The notes under the pieces: model-generated
Seen by the model: the letters and a program-made list of their open reading frames with translations, nothing else
What the model was told of the DNA's origin: nothing
Database searches by the model: none
Origin: Myxococcota bacterium
GTDB lineage: Bacteria > Myxococcota > Kuafuiibacteriia > Kuafuiibacteriales > Kuafuiibacteriaceae
Reading direction: 5' to 3'
Assembly: GCA_039024635.1 (NCBI GenBank)
Contig: JBCCQA010000001.1
Coordinates: forward strand, 206,484-270,483
Length of the DNA stretch: 64,000 nt
Program-made: the position numbers and the translations under genes
Shown: positions 17,882-27,665 of the stretch, in pieces
Numbering within the stretch: position 1 is the first letter of the stretch
How the letters are laid out: each line of letters starts with the position of its first letter

Positions 17882-18955
17882 TCAGCTTGGTTTGGCTTCG
17901 GGGACGTAGCGTAGGCCAACCGTGCCGCCGACGGTCAGATCTTCGGTCAGGAAGTTGAGCTGGCCGAAGGCCTTGATGGGCCCGAGGTGGATTTGGACGC
18001 CGGTGATGATCCTGAAGAGGGCCTGGGTCGGCTCGCTTTGGTCATTGGCAGAGATGGAGACTGTTCCGATCTCTTCCTCGTCGAAGCCGCCGCCGTCTGC
18101 GAAGAGCGTGCTGTTGACGTTGCCGCTCAGCTCGGCGCCGCCGAGCTGGACGTCGACGCCGATGCCGCCGTAGAGGCCGAGGAAGTAGGCGATGCGCGCA
18201 CTCGTCGTGACCTCGAATGGAAAGGTGAGGGCGGTCTGTCGAAGTCGCAGCTCGGTTTCGTCCGGGGACGACGATGTGAGCAGACTGACTCCTTCGCCGA
18301 GAGCGGTATTGGTCTCGATGGCGCGCTCGGCTCGGAGGATCATCTCGGAGAACTCGATACCGGTCGTGAAGTCCAGGCCGCCCCAGAGCAAGGTCTTTCG
18401 CCCCAAGGGTTTGAGCAGCTTGAACTGGGAGTGAAAGCCAACGTTGTAGAAGTCACCGTCGTACTCGTCGATGCCCAGCTGGAAGCCGAGCCCGCTCAGG
18501 TACAGCGTCAGCCAGGGAGCGCCCTGCTCGGTGAAGTTGTAGCCCAGCATCAGGCTGGCCTGGGCGCCCACGCCGACAGGGACGGCTCGTTCGAAGTCGG
18601 CGAAGCTTATGGACTGCAAGTCGTCGATGTCGCTGTCGCCGGCGTCGAAGGCTCCGGACACCGCGAGCCCGAAGAGGAACCCCTTGGGTAGACTGGCGTA
18701 GTCGACGCCAATGCCCTTGTTGATCATGTTCTGGGCATTGGCCGAGAGCGTCAGGAACTGCTGGATGTCGGTAAGTCCGTAAAGGGCCCTGATCTGTTCG
18801 TCGATCAGGTTTTGGAGCTCTTCCGAGCTGACGTTGAGCTGGTTGGCAACCTGCTGGGCGCCAGGATTCAGCTGAATCTGGACGCTGGTGGTCTGGGCGA
18901 AGGCCGAAGTGCTTAGGCCGAGGCTCGCGAAGGCGAGAATGAAGCGCCGCATCAC
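17882..18955 (-). CDS. Secreted protein, probably an outer-membrane beta-barrel; function unknown
   Basis: The signal peptide is MMRRFILAFASLGLSTSAFAQ. The Gly/Leu/Thr-rich amphipathic pattern and C-terminal ...VGLRYVPEAKPS resemble OM proteins. No specific family was recognised. Confidence 0.4.
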   Translation of the reverse strand: MMRRFILAFASLGLSTSAFAQTTSVQIQLNPGAQQVANQLNVSSEELQNLIDEQIRALYGLTDIQQFLTLSANAQNMINKGIGVDYASLPKGFLFGLAVSGAFDAGDSDIDDLQSISFADFERAVPVGVGAQASLMLGYNFTEQGAPWLTLYLSGLGFQLGIDEYDGDFYNVGFHSQFKLLKPLGRKTLLWGGLDFTTGIEFSEMILRAERAIETNTALGEGVSLLTSSSPDETELRLRQTALTFPFEVTTSARIAYFLGLYGGIGVDVQLGGAELSGNVNSTLFADGGGFDEEEIGTVSISANDQSEPTQALFRIITGVQIHLGPIKAFGQLNFLTEDLTVGGTVGLRYVPEAKPS

Positions 18956-19032
18956 CTCAATGGTGACCTACTCTTGGCTCGAATTCGATTCTTCGGCCTG
19001 AAGACCGGGTACGACCGCGATCACGACTTCGC

Positions 19033-21252
19033 TCAAGGATCCGGGAGCTCGATCTGGGAGTTTCGGAAGGCGGGAATCCAGCGTTCGACCTCGCCATCCG
19101 GGGTTTCGGCTCTAAGGCTGACGAAGCGGTTGGGCACCGTCCGCTTCAGAGGCGCGCTGCCCTGCGGCTCGCCATCGATGAAGATCTCCCCTCGTGTGGG
19201 CCAGGTCACCTCGAGTTCGACCTCGGTCGCCGGGCTGCGTCGGGGCAGGCTGAGGCGAGGGGTCGCGCCCGGGGACGGGCAGTCCACCACCCAAGCCCCC
19301 CGACCGACTTCCGCCACGAGGAGGGCTGCGCCGCGAAAGGACCAGATCTCGTCCCCATCCGCGTTGGAGCTCCGCTCGGCGCTCCCCGCCACTGGCGAGA
19401 GTTGGACGCCGGCGGGTCGCCGGATCTCGACGGAGCAGGCCGTCTCCTCTTCGACTCGGGTCAGCTCCACCGACACCGTGCCCCGCTGGGGGAGCGGAAT
19501 CTGAGCCGGCACGTAGCCCGGCGCGGCGGCCACCAACTTCGGGAGCTCGGAGCCGGTCATGATGCGAGCCTGCCCGGCGCCGAGAAAGGTTCCGTCCTCC
19601 GAGCTGTAGAGACTGGCGTTCTCCGGCTTTACCTTCACCCAAACGTCCAAAGGCGGGCGCAGCATCTGGACCTCGGCTCGTTCTCGGGTCCGCTCGTCCT
19701 CGGTGGGTTGGGGGCCCAAGAACTCCGAGGCTACGAAGGTCGACAAGCCGGTCAAGAACAGACCGAGCGCGATGTAGAGCGGCGCCCGACTGCTCATCGT
19801 GACGTCGGGCAGCTCTTCGTCCTCTTCGTCCGAAGTCCCCCCGGCCCCTGGGGGAACCGCACCGGGAAGTACGTTTGGGTAGGGACCGGTCGTTGCCGGA
19901 AGAGAGCGGGGCGAAGGGGGGATGGGCTGAGGAAGGGCCGCCGGATACTGGGCGCGTCGTCGCGGCTCTGGGACCGGGCTTCCGCCTGGCGCCAAGGGGC
20001 GCGCGAGCTCGTTTCGGGTCGGGACCCTGACTCCGACGATGGTGCCTTCCGGACCTCCGTCGTTGGGCGCCCCACTGGGTCTGGGCACCAGGCCCGGAAC
20101 GCCGGTCTCCGTCTTGTCGAGCGGCCCGTCGCTCGGCGCCTCGACCCGAGTCTCCGCGTCTTCCGGAGGGCTGGAGCGCTTCACCCGGATCGTCTTCTCG
20201 CTGTCCCTGCCCTGAGGGCTGGGGACGATCTGGGTCTTGGCCGGCGCCACGGTGGCTTGGGTCTTCTCGTCGGGCTGATCCACGACCTCGGGGTCGTCGA
20301 GCGTGTGATCGGCGGTTGTCCAGGGCGTGCTCTCCCGAAGCATCTCTACGTCCAAGCCCGGACCCCGAGTCTCGACGATGGTCTGAGCCGAGGCGATCCG
20401 GGGACGGGAGAGGGTCTTGGAGCGCACGCCCAGCTGACCGGTGGCGTCCTTCTCTTCCAGCCACTCGATGGCCTCCCTGGCGCTTCCGTAGCCTTCGCCC
20501 GCCGGGGGCTTCTGGAAGCGTCGGATCATCTCGACCAGGGGCTCTGGGACCGACTCCAGTCGATGACCGATCTCCTCCAGACAGCGGCCGAGTCGGAACA
20601 GGTCCCCCTCGGGTCGGGCCAGAGGGCCCTCGGGTCGGATTTCAGGCCGAGCAAAGCGGGGGGGCGTCATCTCGTCGTCGCTCCACCGGGGGTCGACCAC
20701 GATGGGAAAGCCCATGAGGTGCACACCCCGTTCACCCTGGGTGGCGATCAAGGCTTCGCTGAGAAGTGGGTCACGACGTTTCTTCTCGTGCCGCCGGACG
20801 AGGCGCTCCAAGAGATCGTGGGCTAGGATCACGAGCTCGTCCGCTGCTTCGAGTTCGGGGCCGGAGGCGGCCAAGAGCGCCGCATCGGCTTCCCAAGGTA
20901 GGGCCCAGTACAGGGCGCTGCCGCCTTGGGCTCGCTCGCTCACCCCGTGATCAAGAAGCTCGGCATCGGGGTCGGGGGTCGACGCCGCCGTCAGCTGCTG
21001 GACGGACTGGGTGAACTTGACCCGGGCCTCGTCCTCGTGGGGCCGAGCGGGTCGCAGGTCGACGACTTGGAGCAGGGCCCGTGTCTTGCCCTGCTCGGCC
21101 TCATACAGATCGACCCCGGGTGCCCTAAGAAGGCGCCGGAGAACGCTCCACGGCCCCACCGACTCCAGCTCGGCGGCGCTGCCCATGGATCTCGGCGCGG
21201 GGATCAGGACGTCCCGGTCCGGTCCGGCAGGGCCCTTGGGATCGTCGGCCAC
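19033..21252 (-). CDS. Membrane-anchored protein-kinase-like protein (predicted pseudokinase) with a Pro-rich linker, one TM helix and a C-terminal extracytoplasmic domain
   Basis: The N-terminal ~270 aa are kinase-fold-like but lack the VAIK Lys, the HRDLKPxN and DFG motifs (PPRFARPEI replaces APE). A TM helix APLYIALGLFLTGLSTFVASEFL sits near residue 470. Confidence 0.4.
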   Translation of the reverse strand: MADDPKGPAGPDRDVLIPAPRSMGSAAELESVGPWSVLRRLLRAPGVDLYEAEQGKTRALLQVVDLRPARPHEDEARVKFTQSVQQLTAASTPDPDAELLDHGVSERAQGGSALYWALPWEADAALLAASGPELEAADELVILAHDLLERLVRRHEKKRRDPLLSEALIATQGERGVHLMGFPIVVDPRWSDDEMTPPRFARPEIRPEGPLARPEGDLFRLGRCLEEIGHRLESVPEPLVEMIRRFQKPPAGEGYGSAREAIEWLEEKDATGQLGVRSKTLSRPRIASAQTIVETRGPGLDVEMLRESTPWTTADHTLDDPEVVDQPDEKTQATVAPAKTQIVPSPQGRDSEKTIRVKRSSPPEDAETRVEAPSDGPLDKTETGVPGLVPRPSGAPNDGGPEGTIVGVRVPTRNELARPLAPGGSPVPEPRRRAQYPAALPQPIPPSPRSLPATTGPYPNVLPGAVPPGAGGTSDEEDEELPDVTMSSRAPLYIALGLFLTGLSTFVASEFLGPQPTEDERTRERAEVQMLRPPLDVWVKVKPENASLYSSEDGTFLGAGQARIMTGSELPKLVAAAPGYVPAQIPLPQRGTVSVELTRVEEETACSVEIRRPAGVQLSPVAGSAERSSNADGDEIWSFRGAALLVAEVGRGAWVVDCPSPGATPRLSLPRRSPATEVELEVTWPTRGEIFIDGEPQGSAPLKRTVPNRFVSLRAETPDGEVERWIPAFRNSQIELPDP

Positions 21253-21283
21253 CGATGGGCATTCTCACGTTTTCACGGCACCA

Positions 21284-23374
21284 TCAAAGGGAAGAGCCGC
21301 TCCGCGCCTCGGACAGGGCCCGAAGAAGATCCCGGAGTTCGGGGCTCTGTTCGATGTTCTCGAGGCCCAAACGAAGGCGCCGCGACCAATTCGGGCGCTC
21401 GTCCCGGGTCCCGGGCACGTTCTGCGGTTCCGGCTCCAGCCACAGGTCTTCGAGGTTGAGCAGCAGGAGGGGCGCCGAGCTGCGGGCGAGGCGCATGGCG
21501 AGCTCCACCCACACGTCCAAGGGCGCCTCCAGCGGGCGACCTTCGCCCAGGGCCGTCCGGAGCGCATCGACCCGTTGGTTTCGAAGCGAGTGCTCGTGTG
21601 AAGCCTCTTCGGCCGTCGCCACTCCCCGCTCGACCCGCTCCTCGATGTCGCCGTGGGACCAGAAGCCCATGAAAGTGGGAGTGTCGTGGGTGTTGACGCT
21701 CGCCGCGGCGTGCTCGGGAATGGGCCGCAAGGCGGCGTTGGGGTTGGGCTCCATCTCGAACTGAGCCACGTACATTCGCTGGGCCCGGTGGCGGGCCATC
21801 CGCTCTCGAACCGCAGGAGGGACCGTCCCCAGATCTTCGCCGACGACGCGACAGCGGTGGCGCTGGCTCTCGACGCAGACGATCGCCCAAAGCTCGTCCT
21901 CTCGGTAGCGGAGGTAGGTGCCACCCTTGGCGCCGAGGCTCCACGGGACGCCGAAGATGCGATGAAGGCCCATGACGTGGTCGATGCGAAGGGTCGAGGC
22001 GATCTCGGCCTGGCGCCTCATCACTTCGATCAGGTAGGCGTAGCCGCTTTCTCGAAGCCGTCGGGGATGAAAGGGCCGAAAGCCCCAGTCCTGACCTTCA
22101 GGAGCCAGTGCATCGGGTGGCGCACCTGACGAGATGCCGTGAACGAAGACGTGTTGGTCCGCCCAGGCATCGTAGCCGTCGGGATGTACGCCCAGGGGAA
22201 GGTCGAGATACAGCCCCCCTCCGACCGAGGCCAAAGGCTCACCTAGTTGGCGAAGCTGCTCGTCGAGTCGGAACTGCACATAGAGGTGCTGCCGGACCCT
22301 AGCCTCGTCATCGACCTTCAAGGTGCTGCCGCGTCGCTCGTGGAGCGGCCATTGATGCCAGACCTGTCTCCTCTCCAAGGTGGCGGCGCGGAACCGGGCG
22401 TAGTCCCACGCCCGAGTCCGGCCCTCGGCCCAGGTCTCGATGGCGGCCGCGGTCGAGCTGTCCCAGGCCGCGCGAGCGAAGGCGGAGAGAATGGGCTCGA
22501 TGAGCTGATAGGCCCGGGCGTGGTCTACGTGGCTCCGCTCCCGAAGACGGGCGGCCTCTCTTCGGAAGGCTGGGTCTTCGAGCATCCGCGCCAGCTCGGG
22601 CGCCTGGGCTTCGGGGAGCCGTTCCAGGTCCAAGAACAGCTCGTTCCAGAACAGCCGGGAGGCAGGGACGTAGGGGCTGGGTTCGACGGGGTGGTCGAGG
22701 AAGGTGGAGAGGAGAGGCAGGGTGGCGACCAGATGCCCGCCCGCATCGGCGACTTGCTGGGCGAGGCGTCTCAAGTGGCCAAAGTCGCCCACGCCGCGGT
22801 CGCCCTCGGCCCGAAGGGCGTAGGTGGGCGCGAACACCCCCCAGCATCGTTCGCCCTCGGGGGCGTGGGTGGTGGCCGGAGCCACGATCAGGGTCCCGAG
22901 CGCCTCCAGCCTCCCCAGACTCAGGGTGAGGCGGTGGTAGCCGAGAGCCAGCCGGGGCAGGTCGACCTCGAGCCGAAGCCAAGTCCGTCCTTCGTGGTCG
23001 GAATGGTCGGCTACGCGAGCGTCCTGGAGCTGGCCCTCGACGATGTGCACATCCTGCTCCCCCTCGATGCGGAGCCGGAAGGGTCCGGTGGCCGCGGAGG
23101 AGAGGACCTGCAAGAAGGCTTTCGAAGTACCCCCCTCCCAAACCACCTGAACCGGCTCCAGGACGCGATTCAGCTGTACCCAGGCCTCGAAGCGCAGGGC
23201 CTCCTCGGCCTCTTCGGGGCCGCTCAAGGGGGCGCCAAGTAGCTGAAGGACGTGGAGCAAGTGCCCGTCCTCAGCGGCGTGCCATCGGCCCTCGATGTCG
23301 TGGTACCCAGTTTCGACCCCGTGAAGGGCCGCCAAGGCCTCCAGCCGTTCCCGCATGCCTGGGGATTGACGCAT
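21284..23374 (-). CDS. malQ: 4-alpha-glucanotransferase (amylomaltase, GH77)
   Basis: GH77 signatures include GGLYLDLPLGVHPDGYDAW, IDHVMGLHRIFGVPW, HDTPTFMGFW and CVVGEDLGTVP. The start is taken at internal MRQSPGMRER, because the longer ORF N-terminus is low-complexity. Confidence 0.85.
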   Translation of the reverse strand: MRQSPGMRERLEALAALHGVETGYHDIEGRWHAAEDGHLLHVLQLLGAPLSGPEEAEEALRFEAWVQLNRVLEPVQVVWEGGTSKAFLQVLSSAATGPFRLRIEGEQDVHIVEGQLQDARVADHSDHEGRTWLRLEVDLPRLALGYHRLTLSLGRLEALGTLIVAPATTHAPEGERCWGVFAPTYALRAEGDRGVGDFGHLRRLAQQVADAGGHLVATLPLLSTFLDHPVEPSPYVPASRLFWNELFLDLERLPEAQAPELARMLEDPAFRREAARLRERSHVDHARAYQLIEPILSAFARAAWDSSTAAAIETWAEGRTRAWDYARFRAATLERRQVWHQWPLHERRGSTLKVDDEARVRQHLYVQFRLDEQLRQLGEPLASVGGGLYLDLPLGVHPDGYDAWADQHVFVHGISSGAPPDALAPEGQDWGFRPFHPRRLRESGYAYLIEVMRRQAEIASTLRIDHVMGLHRIFGVPWSLGAKGGTYLRYREDELWAIVCVESQRHRCRVVGEDLGTVPPAVRERMARHRAQRMYVAQFEMEPNPNAALRPIPEHAAASVNTHDTPTFMGFWSHGDIEERVERGVATAEEASHEHSLRNQRVDALRTALGEGRPLEAPLDVWVELAMRLARSSAPLLLLNLEDLWLEPEPQNVPGTRDERPNWSRRLRLGLENIEQSPELRDLLRALSEARSGSSL

Positions 23375-23444
23375 TGCGAACCGAGAACCGCCACGGTTTT
23401 TTTGTTGAGACCGAAGCCCCCGGATGATTCCCAGCAGAAGATCG

Positions 23445-26132
23445 ATGAGCGACGCGAACGAGAACCAGGTCACCGCCTTGGAGGTGCAGGACTGGACCGA
23501 ATCATTGGGCGACGCGGTGGCGCTCCGAGGCCACGAACGAGCGGGCCAGCTCATCCAGGCGATGGGCGACTACGCCCAGAGGCGGGGGCTCCCGGTTCCC
23601 AGCCTGGCCAACCTGCCCTACGTCAACACGCTCTCGGCCCAACGGGACCCGAGCTACCCCGGTGATCTGGAGCTGGAGGAGCGCATCAAGAACATCCTCC
23701 GCTGGAACGCCATGGCCATGGTCGTCCAGGGCAACAAACGCAACGACGGAATCGGGGGCCACATCGCCACCTACGCCTCGGTGGCCAACATTTTCGAGAC
23801 CGGCTTCTTTCACGTGTTCCGAGGGCCGGAGCATCCGAGCGGAGGGGACCATCTCTACATCCAAGGCCACGCCTCCCCCGGCATCTACGCCCGGGCCTTT
23901 CTGGAGGGACGAATCTCGGCCGAGCTTCTTCGGAACTTCCGATTGGAGCTGGCGGAAGGGGGCGGCCTATCGTCCTATCCCCACCCGTGGCTGATGCCCG
24001 AGTTTTGGCAGTACCCGACCGTCTCGATGGGTCTTGGGCCCATCATGTCGGCCTACCAGGCACGCTTCTTTCAGTATCTGCGTCGTCGCGGCTTCGGGGA
24101 GAAGGCCGCGGGCACGGTCTATGCCTTCCTGGGCGATGGCGAGATGGACGAACCCGAGTCGACCGGCGTGGTCAACTTCGCCGCCCGGGAAGGGCTGGGC
24201 AACCTGTGCTGGATCGTCAACTGTAACCTCCAACGGCTAGATGGACCGGTGCGCGGCAACGCCAAGGTCGTGCAAGAATTGGAGCGGAACTTCCGGGGTG
24301 CAGGCTGGAACGTCATCAAGGTTTTGTGGGGTTCGGATTGGGACCCTATCTTCGCCCAGGACGAAGAGGGCCTGCTCGCTGCCCGACTCACCAACCTCCT
24401 AGACGGAGAGTGGCAGAAGTGTCGGGTCGAAGGTGGCGGCTACATGCGGGAGAAGATCTTCGGCGCCGACCCCAAGCTGGCGGCCATGGTTGCCCATCTA
24501 TCGGACGATGAACTTCTGTCCCTCCCCACCGGCGGTCACGACCCGGTGAAGATGTACGCGGCCTACAAGGCGGCGGAAGCCGAAACTGAGCGGCCGACCG
24601 TCATCCTGGCCAAGACCATCAAGGGCTTCGGCATGGGCTCGGCGGGAGAGGGTCTGAACATCACCCACCAGCAGAAAAAGCTGACTCCGGAACAGGTCGA
24701 GTACTTCCGACAGCGCTTCGAGGTTCCGGTCACGGACGAGATCGCCGAAAGGGTGGGCTTCTTCCATCCGGGTGAGGAGTCCGAAGAAGTTCGCTACATG
24801 AAGGAGCGGCGCCAGGCCCTCAGCGGATGGCTGCCCCAGCGCCGAACCAAGTCTTCTGTTCGACTACAGATTCCAGGGGACGAGATTATCGACGAGTTCC
24901 TGGACGGCAGCGATAGAGCGGCCAGCACCACGGCCGCCTTCGTGCGGGTCTTGGCCAAGCTTCTTCGAGACAAGGAGCTGGGTCGTCGCATCGTCCCCAT
25001 CATCCCAGACGAGGCACGGACCTTTGGCATGGACGGTCTCTTCCGTCAGATCGGCATCTACTCCAAGATGGGCCAGCTCTATGAGCCCGTCGACGCCGGT
25101 GGACTGCTCTACTATCGCGAGTCGGCCGATGGTCAGCTCTTGGAGGAGGGCATCACCGAGGCGGGTGCCATGAGCTCCTTCATCGCCGCCTCCACCTCCT
25201 ACTCCAGCGTCGATGAACCCATGATTCCCTTCTATGTATTCTACTCGATGTTTGGGTTTCAGCGCATCGGGGATCTGGCGTGGGCGGCTGGCGATAGTCG
25301 AGCGCGTGGTTTCCTGGTCGGGGGCACGGCGGGACGAACGACGCTGAACGGCGAGGGGCTTCAGCACGAAGACGGTCACAGCCACGTGCTCGCCTCGACC
25401 GTCCCCAATCTGAAGGCCTACGACCTTACCTTCGCCTCCGAAATTGCGATCGTCGTGCAGGACGGATTGCGAAGAATGTTGGTCGAAGATGAGGACGTCT
25501 TCTACTACATGACGGTCGAGAACGAGGCCTATCCCCAGCTGCCTCTCCCTGACCGGGGCGAGAACGGCGTGCGAGAAGGCGTCATCAAGGGGATGTACAA
25601 GCTGCGACCGGCTCCGAGGAGTCGCAAGAAGAAGAGGCCGGTGGCCCAGCTCCTGGGCTCGGGGGCCATCATGGGCGGCGTGCTCGAAGCCCAGCGGATC
25701 CTGGCCGAAGACTACGACATAGCGGCCGAGGTCTGGTCGGTCACGAGCTACACCGAGCTTCGAAAGCAGGCCCTGGACGTCGAACGTCGCAACCTTCTTC
25801 GACCGACCGAGACGCCGGAGCTCTCCTACGTGGGCCAATGCCTCGGGCCCGATTCGGGCGTGGTCGTTGCGTCCTCGGACTACATGAAGATCCTGGCCGA
25901 CGGGATTCGCCCCTGGGTTCAGGTACCCATGGTGGCCCTAGGAACGGATGGCTTCGGCCGCAGCGAGACCCGTGAAGCACTTCGTCGCTTCTTCGAAGTG
26001 GATGCAGCTCACGTCGCCTGGTCGACCTTGGTCGCCCTGTATCGTAAGGGGGACATCGAGGCGAAGACGCTCAGCAAGGCGCAGTCCGCGCTCGGCATCG
26101 ACCCCGACAAGATGAATCCGATGCGCTCCTGA
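23445..26132 (+). CDS. aceE: Pyruvate dehydrogenase E1 component (homodimeric type)
   Basis: The N-terminus MSDANENQVTALEVQDWTESL and the YINT-like, GHIATYAS, GDGEMDEPES and FLGDG regions align with AceE. Length is 895 aa. Confidence 0.9.
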   Translation: MSDANENQVTALEVQDWTESLGDAVALRGHERAGQLIQAMGDYAQRRGLPVPSLANLPYVNTLSAQRDPSYPGDLELEERIKNILRWNAMAMVVQGNKRNDGIGGHIATYASVANIFETGFFHVFRGPEHPSGGDHLYIQGHASPGIYARAFLEGRISAELLRNFRLELAEGGGLSSYPHPWLMPEFWQYPTVSMGLGPIMSAYQARFFQYLRRRGFGEKAAGTVYAFLGDGEMDEPESTGVVNFAAREGLGNLCWIVNCNLQRLDGPVRGNAKVVQELERNFRGAGWNVIKVLWGSDWDPIFAQDEEGLLAARLTNLLDGEWQKCRVEGGGYMREKIFGADPKLAAMVAHLSDDELLSLPTGGHDPVKMYAAYKAAEAETERPTVILAKTIKGFGMGSAGEGLNITHQQKKLTPEQVEYFRQRFEVPVTDEIAERVGFFHPGEESEEVRYMKERRQALSGWLPQRRTKSSVRLQIPGDEIIDEFLDGSDRAASTTAAFVRVLAKLLRDKELGRRIVPIIPDEARTFGMDGLFRQIGIYSKMGQLYEPVDAGGLLYYRESADGQLLEEGITEAGAMSSFIAASTSYSSVDEPMIPFYVFYSMFGFQRIGDLAWAAGDSRARGFLVGGTAGRTTLNGEGLQHEDGHSHVLASTVPNLKAYDLTFASEIAIVVQDGLRRMLVEDEDVFYYMTVENEAYPQLPLPDRGENGVREGVIKGMYKLRPAPRSRKKKRPVAQLLGSGAIMGGVLEAQRILAEDYDIAAEVWSVTSYTELRKQALDVERRNLLRPTETPELSYVGQCLGPDSGVVVASSDYMKILADGIRPWVQVPMVALGTDGFGRSETREALRRFFEVDAAHVAWSTLVALYRKGDIEAKTLSKAQSALGIDPDKMNPMRS

Positions 26133-26158
26133 GCCGCGGACAAGAGACGAGAGAGAAC

Positions 26159-27664
26159 ATGGCCATCGAATTCAAGCTTCCCGAGCTCGGCGAGGGCGTC
26201 GAGTCTGCCGACATCGTCAACGTCCTCGTTCGGGAAGGCGACCAGATAGAGGAGGGGCAGTCCGTCCTGGAGGTGGAGTCGGACAAGGCGACGGTAGAGG
26301 TCCCTTCCCAAGTGGCTGGAGTGGTGGAGAAGCTCCACGTCACGAGCGGTGACTCGGTATCCCCCGGTCAGCTCATCCTGACGCTTTCAGCTGGCGCTGC
26401 CGATGCCCCTGCGCCGCCTCCTCCTCCATCCAACGGCGCTTCCGACAAGGTGTTCAGCATTCCGGACATCGGCGAGGGCGTCGAGTCGGCCGACGTGGTC
26501 AACGTCCTGGTCTCGGTCGGAGAAGAGGTCGAAGCGGGTCAGTCCGTCATCGAAGTGGAGTCCGACAAGGCTACGGTGGAGGTTCCCAGCGACGTGGGAG
26601 GGAAAGTGGTCGAGGTCCTGGTATCGGCCGGCGACAGCGTTACCGTCGGACAAGCCATCCTGCGTTTTGAGGGCGGCGATCGGCCTGCGCTTACGCCCGT
26701 CCCTGCTGCTGCGCCCGCCATCGAATCCAGCCCTTCGACTCGGGCCGCGGAGTCGGTCCAGATTGCGGACCGACGGGTGCCGCCTGGCCGAGCGGTCTTT
26801 GCTGCACCTTCGGTTCGGATGTTTGCGCGTCAACAAGGCGTGGACATCCGGAGCGTGCCCGGCACCGGTCCTGGGGGTCGGATCAGCAAGGACGACGTGC
26901 AGAGCTACTTGGACCAGTCTGCACGCCCCACTCCGATGCCGAGCTCCGGCCCGGCTCCGACCCCTGTCGCCGTTCCTCCGCCGAGCCTCGAAGACCGGGT
27001 CGAGAAGCTCCCCAACGTCAGAAGAATCATCGCCGAGCGCCTGACCCAGGCCTGGCAGACCATACCCCATGTCGTTCTCTATCGAGAGGCGGACGTCACC
27101 GAGCTGGAGGCGATGCGAAAGGCCTTCAAGCAAGCCGCGCCCGAAGGGGCCCGGCTCACCATGACCTCCATCTTGGTGAAGGTGTGTGGCAGAGTCCTCC
27201 AGGAGTTCCCGAAGGTGAACGCCTCCATCGATCTGGAGAAGCAGCAGATCGTGTACCATGGCCGGGTCAACGTCGGCTTCGCCACCGACACGGATCGGGG
27301 CCTGTTGGTTCCGGTCATCCAAGATGTACCGAGCAAGAGTCACGTCCAGGTGGCCGACGAGATCTCCGCTTTGGCCGGCAAGGCCCGGGACGGCAAGCTG
27401 TCCCGCGAAGAGATGAGCGGCGGCACCTTCTCGGTCAGCAACCTGGGTGGTCTGGGCATCGGCCACTTCACACCCATCATCAATCCGCCTGAGGTGGCCA
27501 TTCTCGGCGTTGGGCGCGCAAAGACCAATGCCGACGGACGTCTGATGATGCCGCTGTCCCTTTCGACGGACCACCGTATGCTCGACGGCGCCGATGGCGC
27601 CCGATTCTTCGACGCGCTGATCAAGGTGCTCCAGGATCCGGCACGGCTGCTCTTCGCATTCTGA
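26159..27664 (+). CDS. aceF: Dihydrolipoamide acetyltransferase E2 with two lipoyl domains
   Basis: Two lipoyl-lysine motifs (LEVESDKATVEVPS and IEVESDKATVEVPS) are followed by a subunit-binding domain and a catalytic domain containing DHRMLDGA. Confidence 0.9.
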   Translation: MAIEFKLPELGEGVESADIVNVLVREGDQIEEGQSVLEVESDKATVEVPSQVAGVVEKLHVTSGDSVSPGQLILTLSAGAADAPAPPPPPSNGASDKVFSIPDIGEGVESADVVNVLVSVGEEVEAGQSVIEVESDKATVEVPSDVGGKVVEVLVSAGDSVTVGQAILRFEGGDRPALTPVPAAAPAIESSPSTRAAESVQIADRRVPPGRAVFAAPSVRMFARQQGVDIRSVPGTGPGGRISKDDVQSYLDQSARPTPMPSSGPAPTPVAVPPPSLEDRVEKLPNVRRIIAERLTQAWQTIPHVVLYREADVTELEAMRKAFKQAAPEGARLTMTSILVKVCGRVLQEFPKVNASIDLEKQQIVYHGRVNVGFATDTDRGLLVPVIQDVPSKSHVQVADEISALAGKARDGKLSREEMSGGTFSVSNLGGLGIGHFTPIINPPEVAILGVGRAKTNADGRLMMPLSLSTDHRMLDGADGARFFDALIKVLQDPARLLFAF

Positions 27665-27665
27665 A

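Noticed and set aside
19112-20826. Overlapping 450-aa (-) and 474-aa (+) ORFs across the pseudokinase gene
   Set aside because: Both are Arg/Gly/Pro-rich frames typical of high-GC artefacts. The 739-aa frame gives a coherent kinase-like fold followed by a TM helix.
22247-23242. 331-aa plus-strand ORF and 277-aa minus ORF within malQ
   Set aside because: They are antisense or out-of-frame to a gene with unmistakable GH77 motifs.
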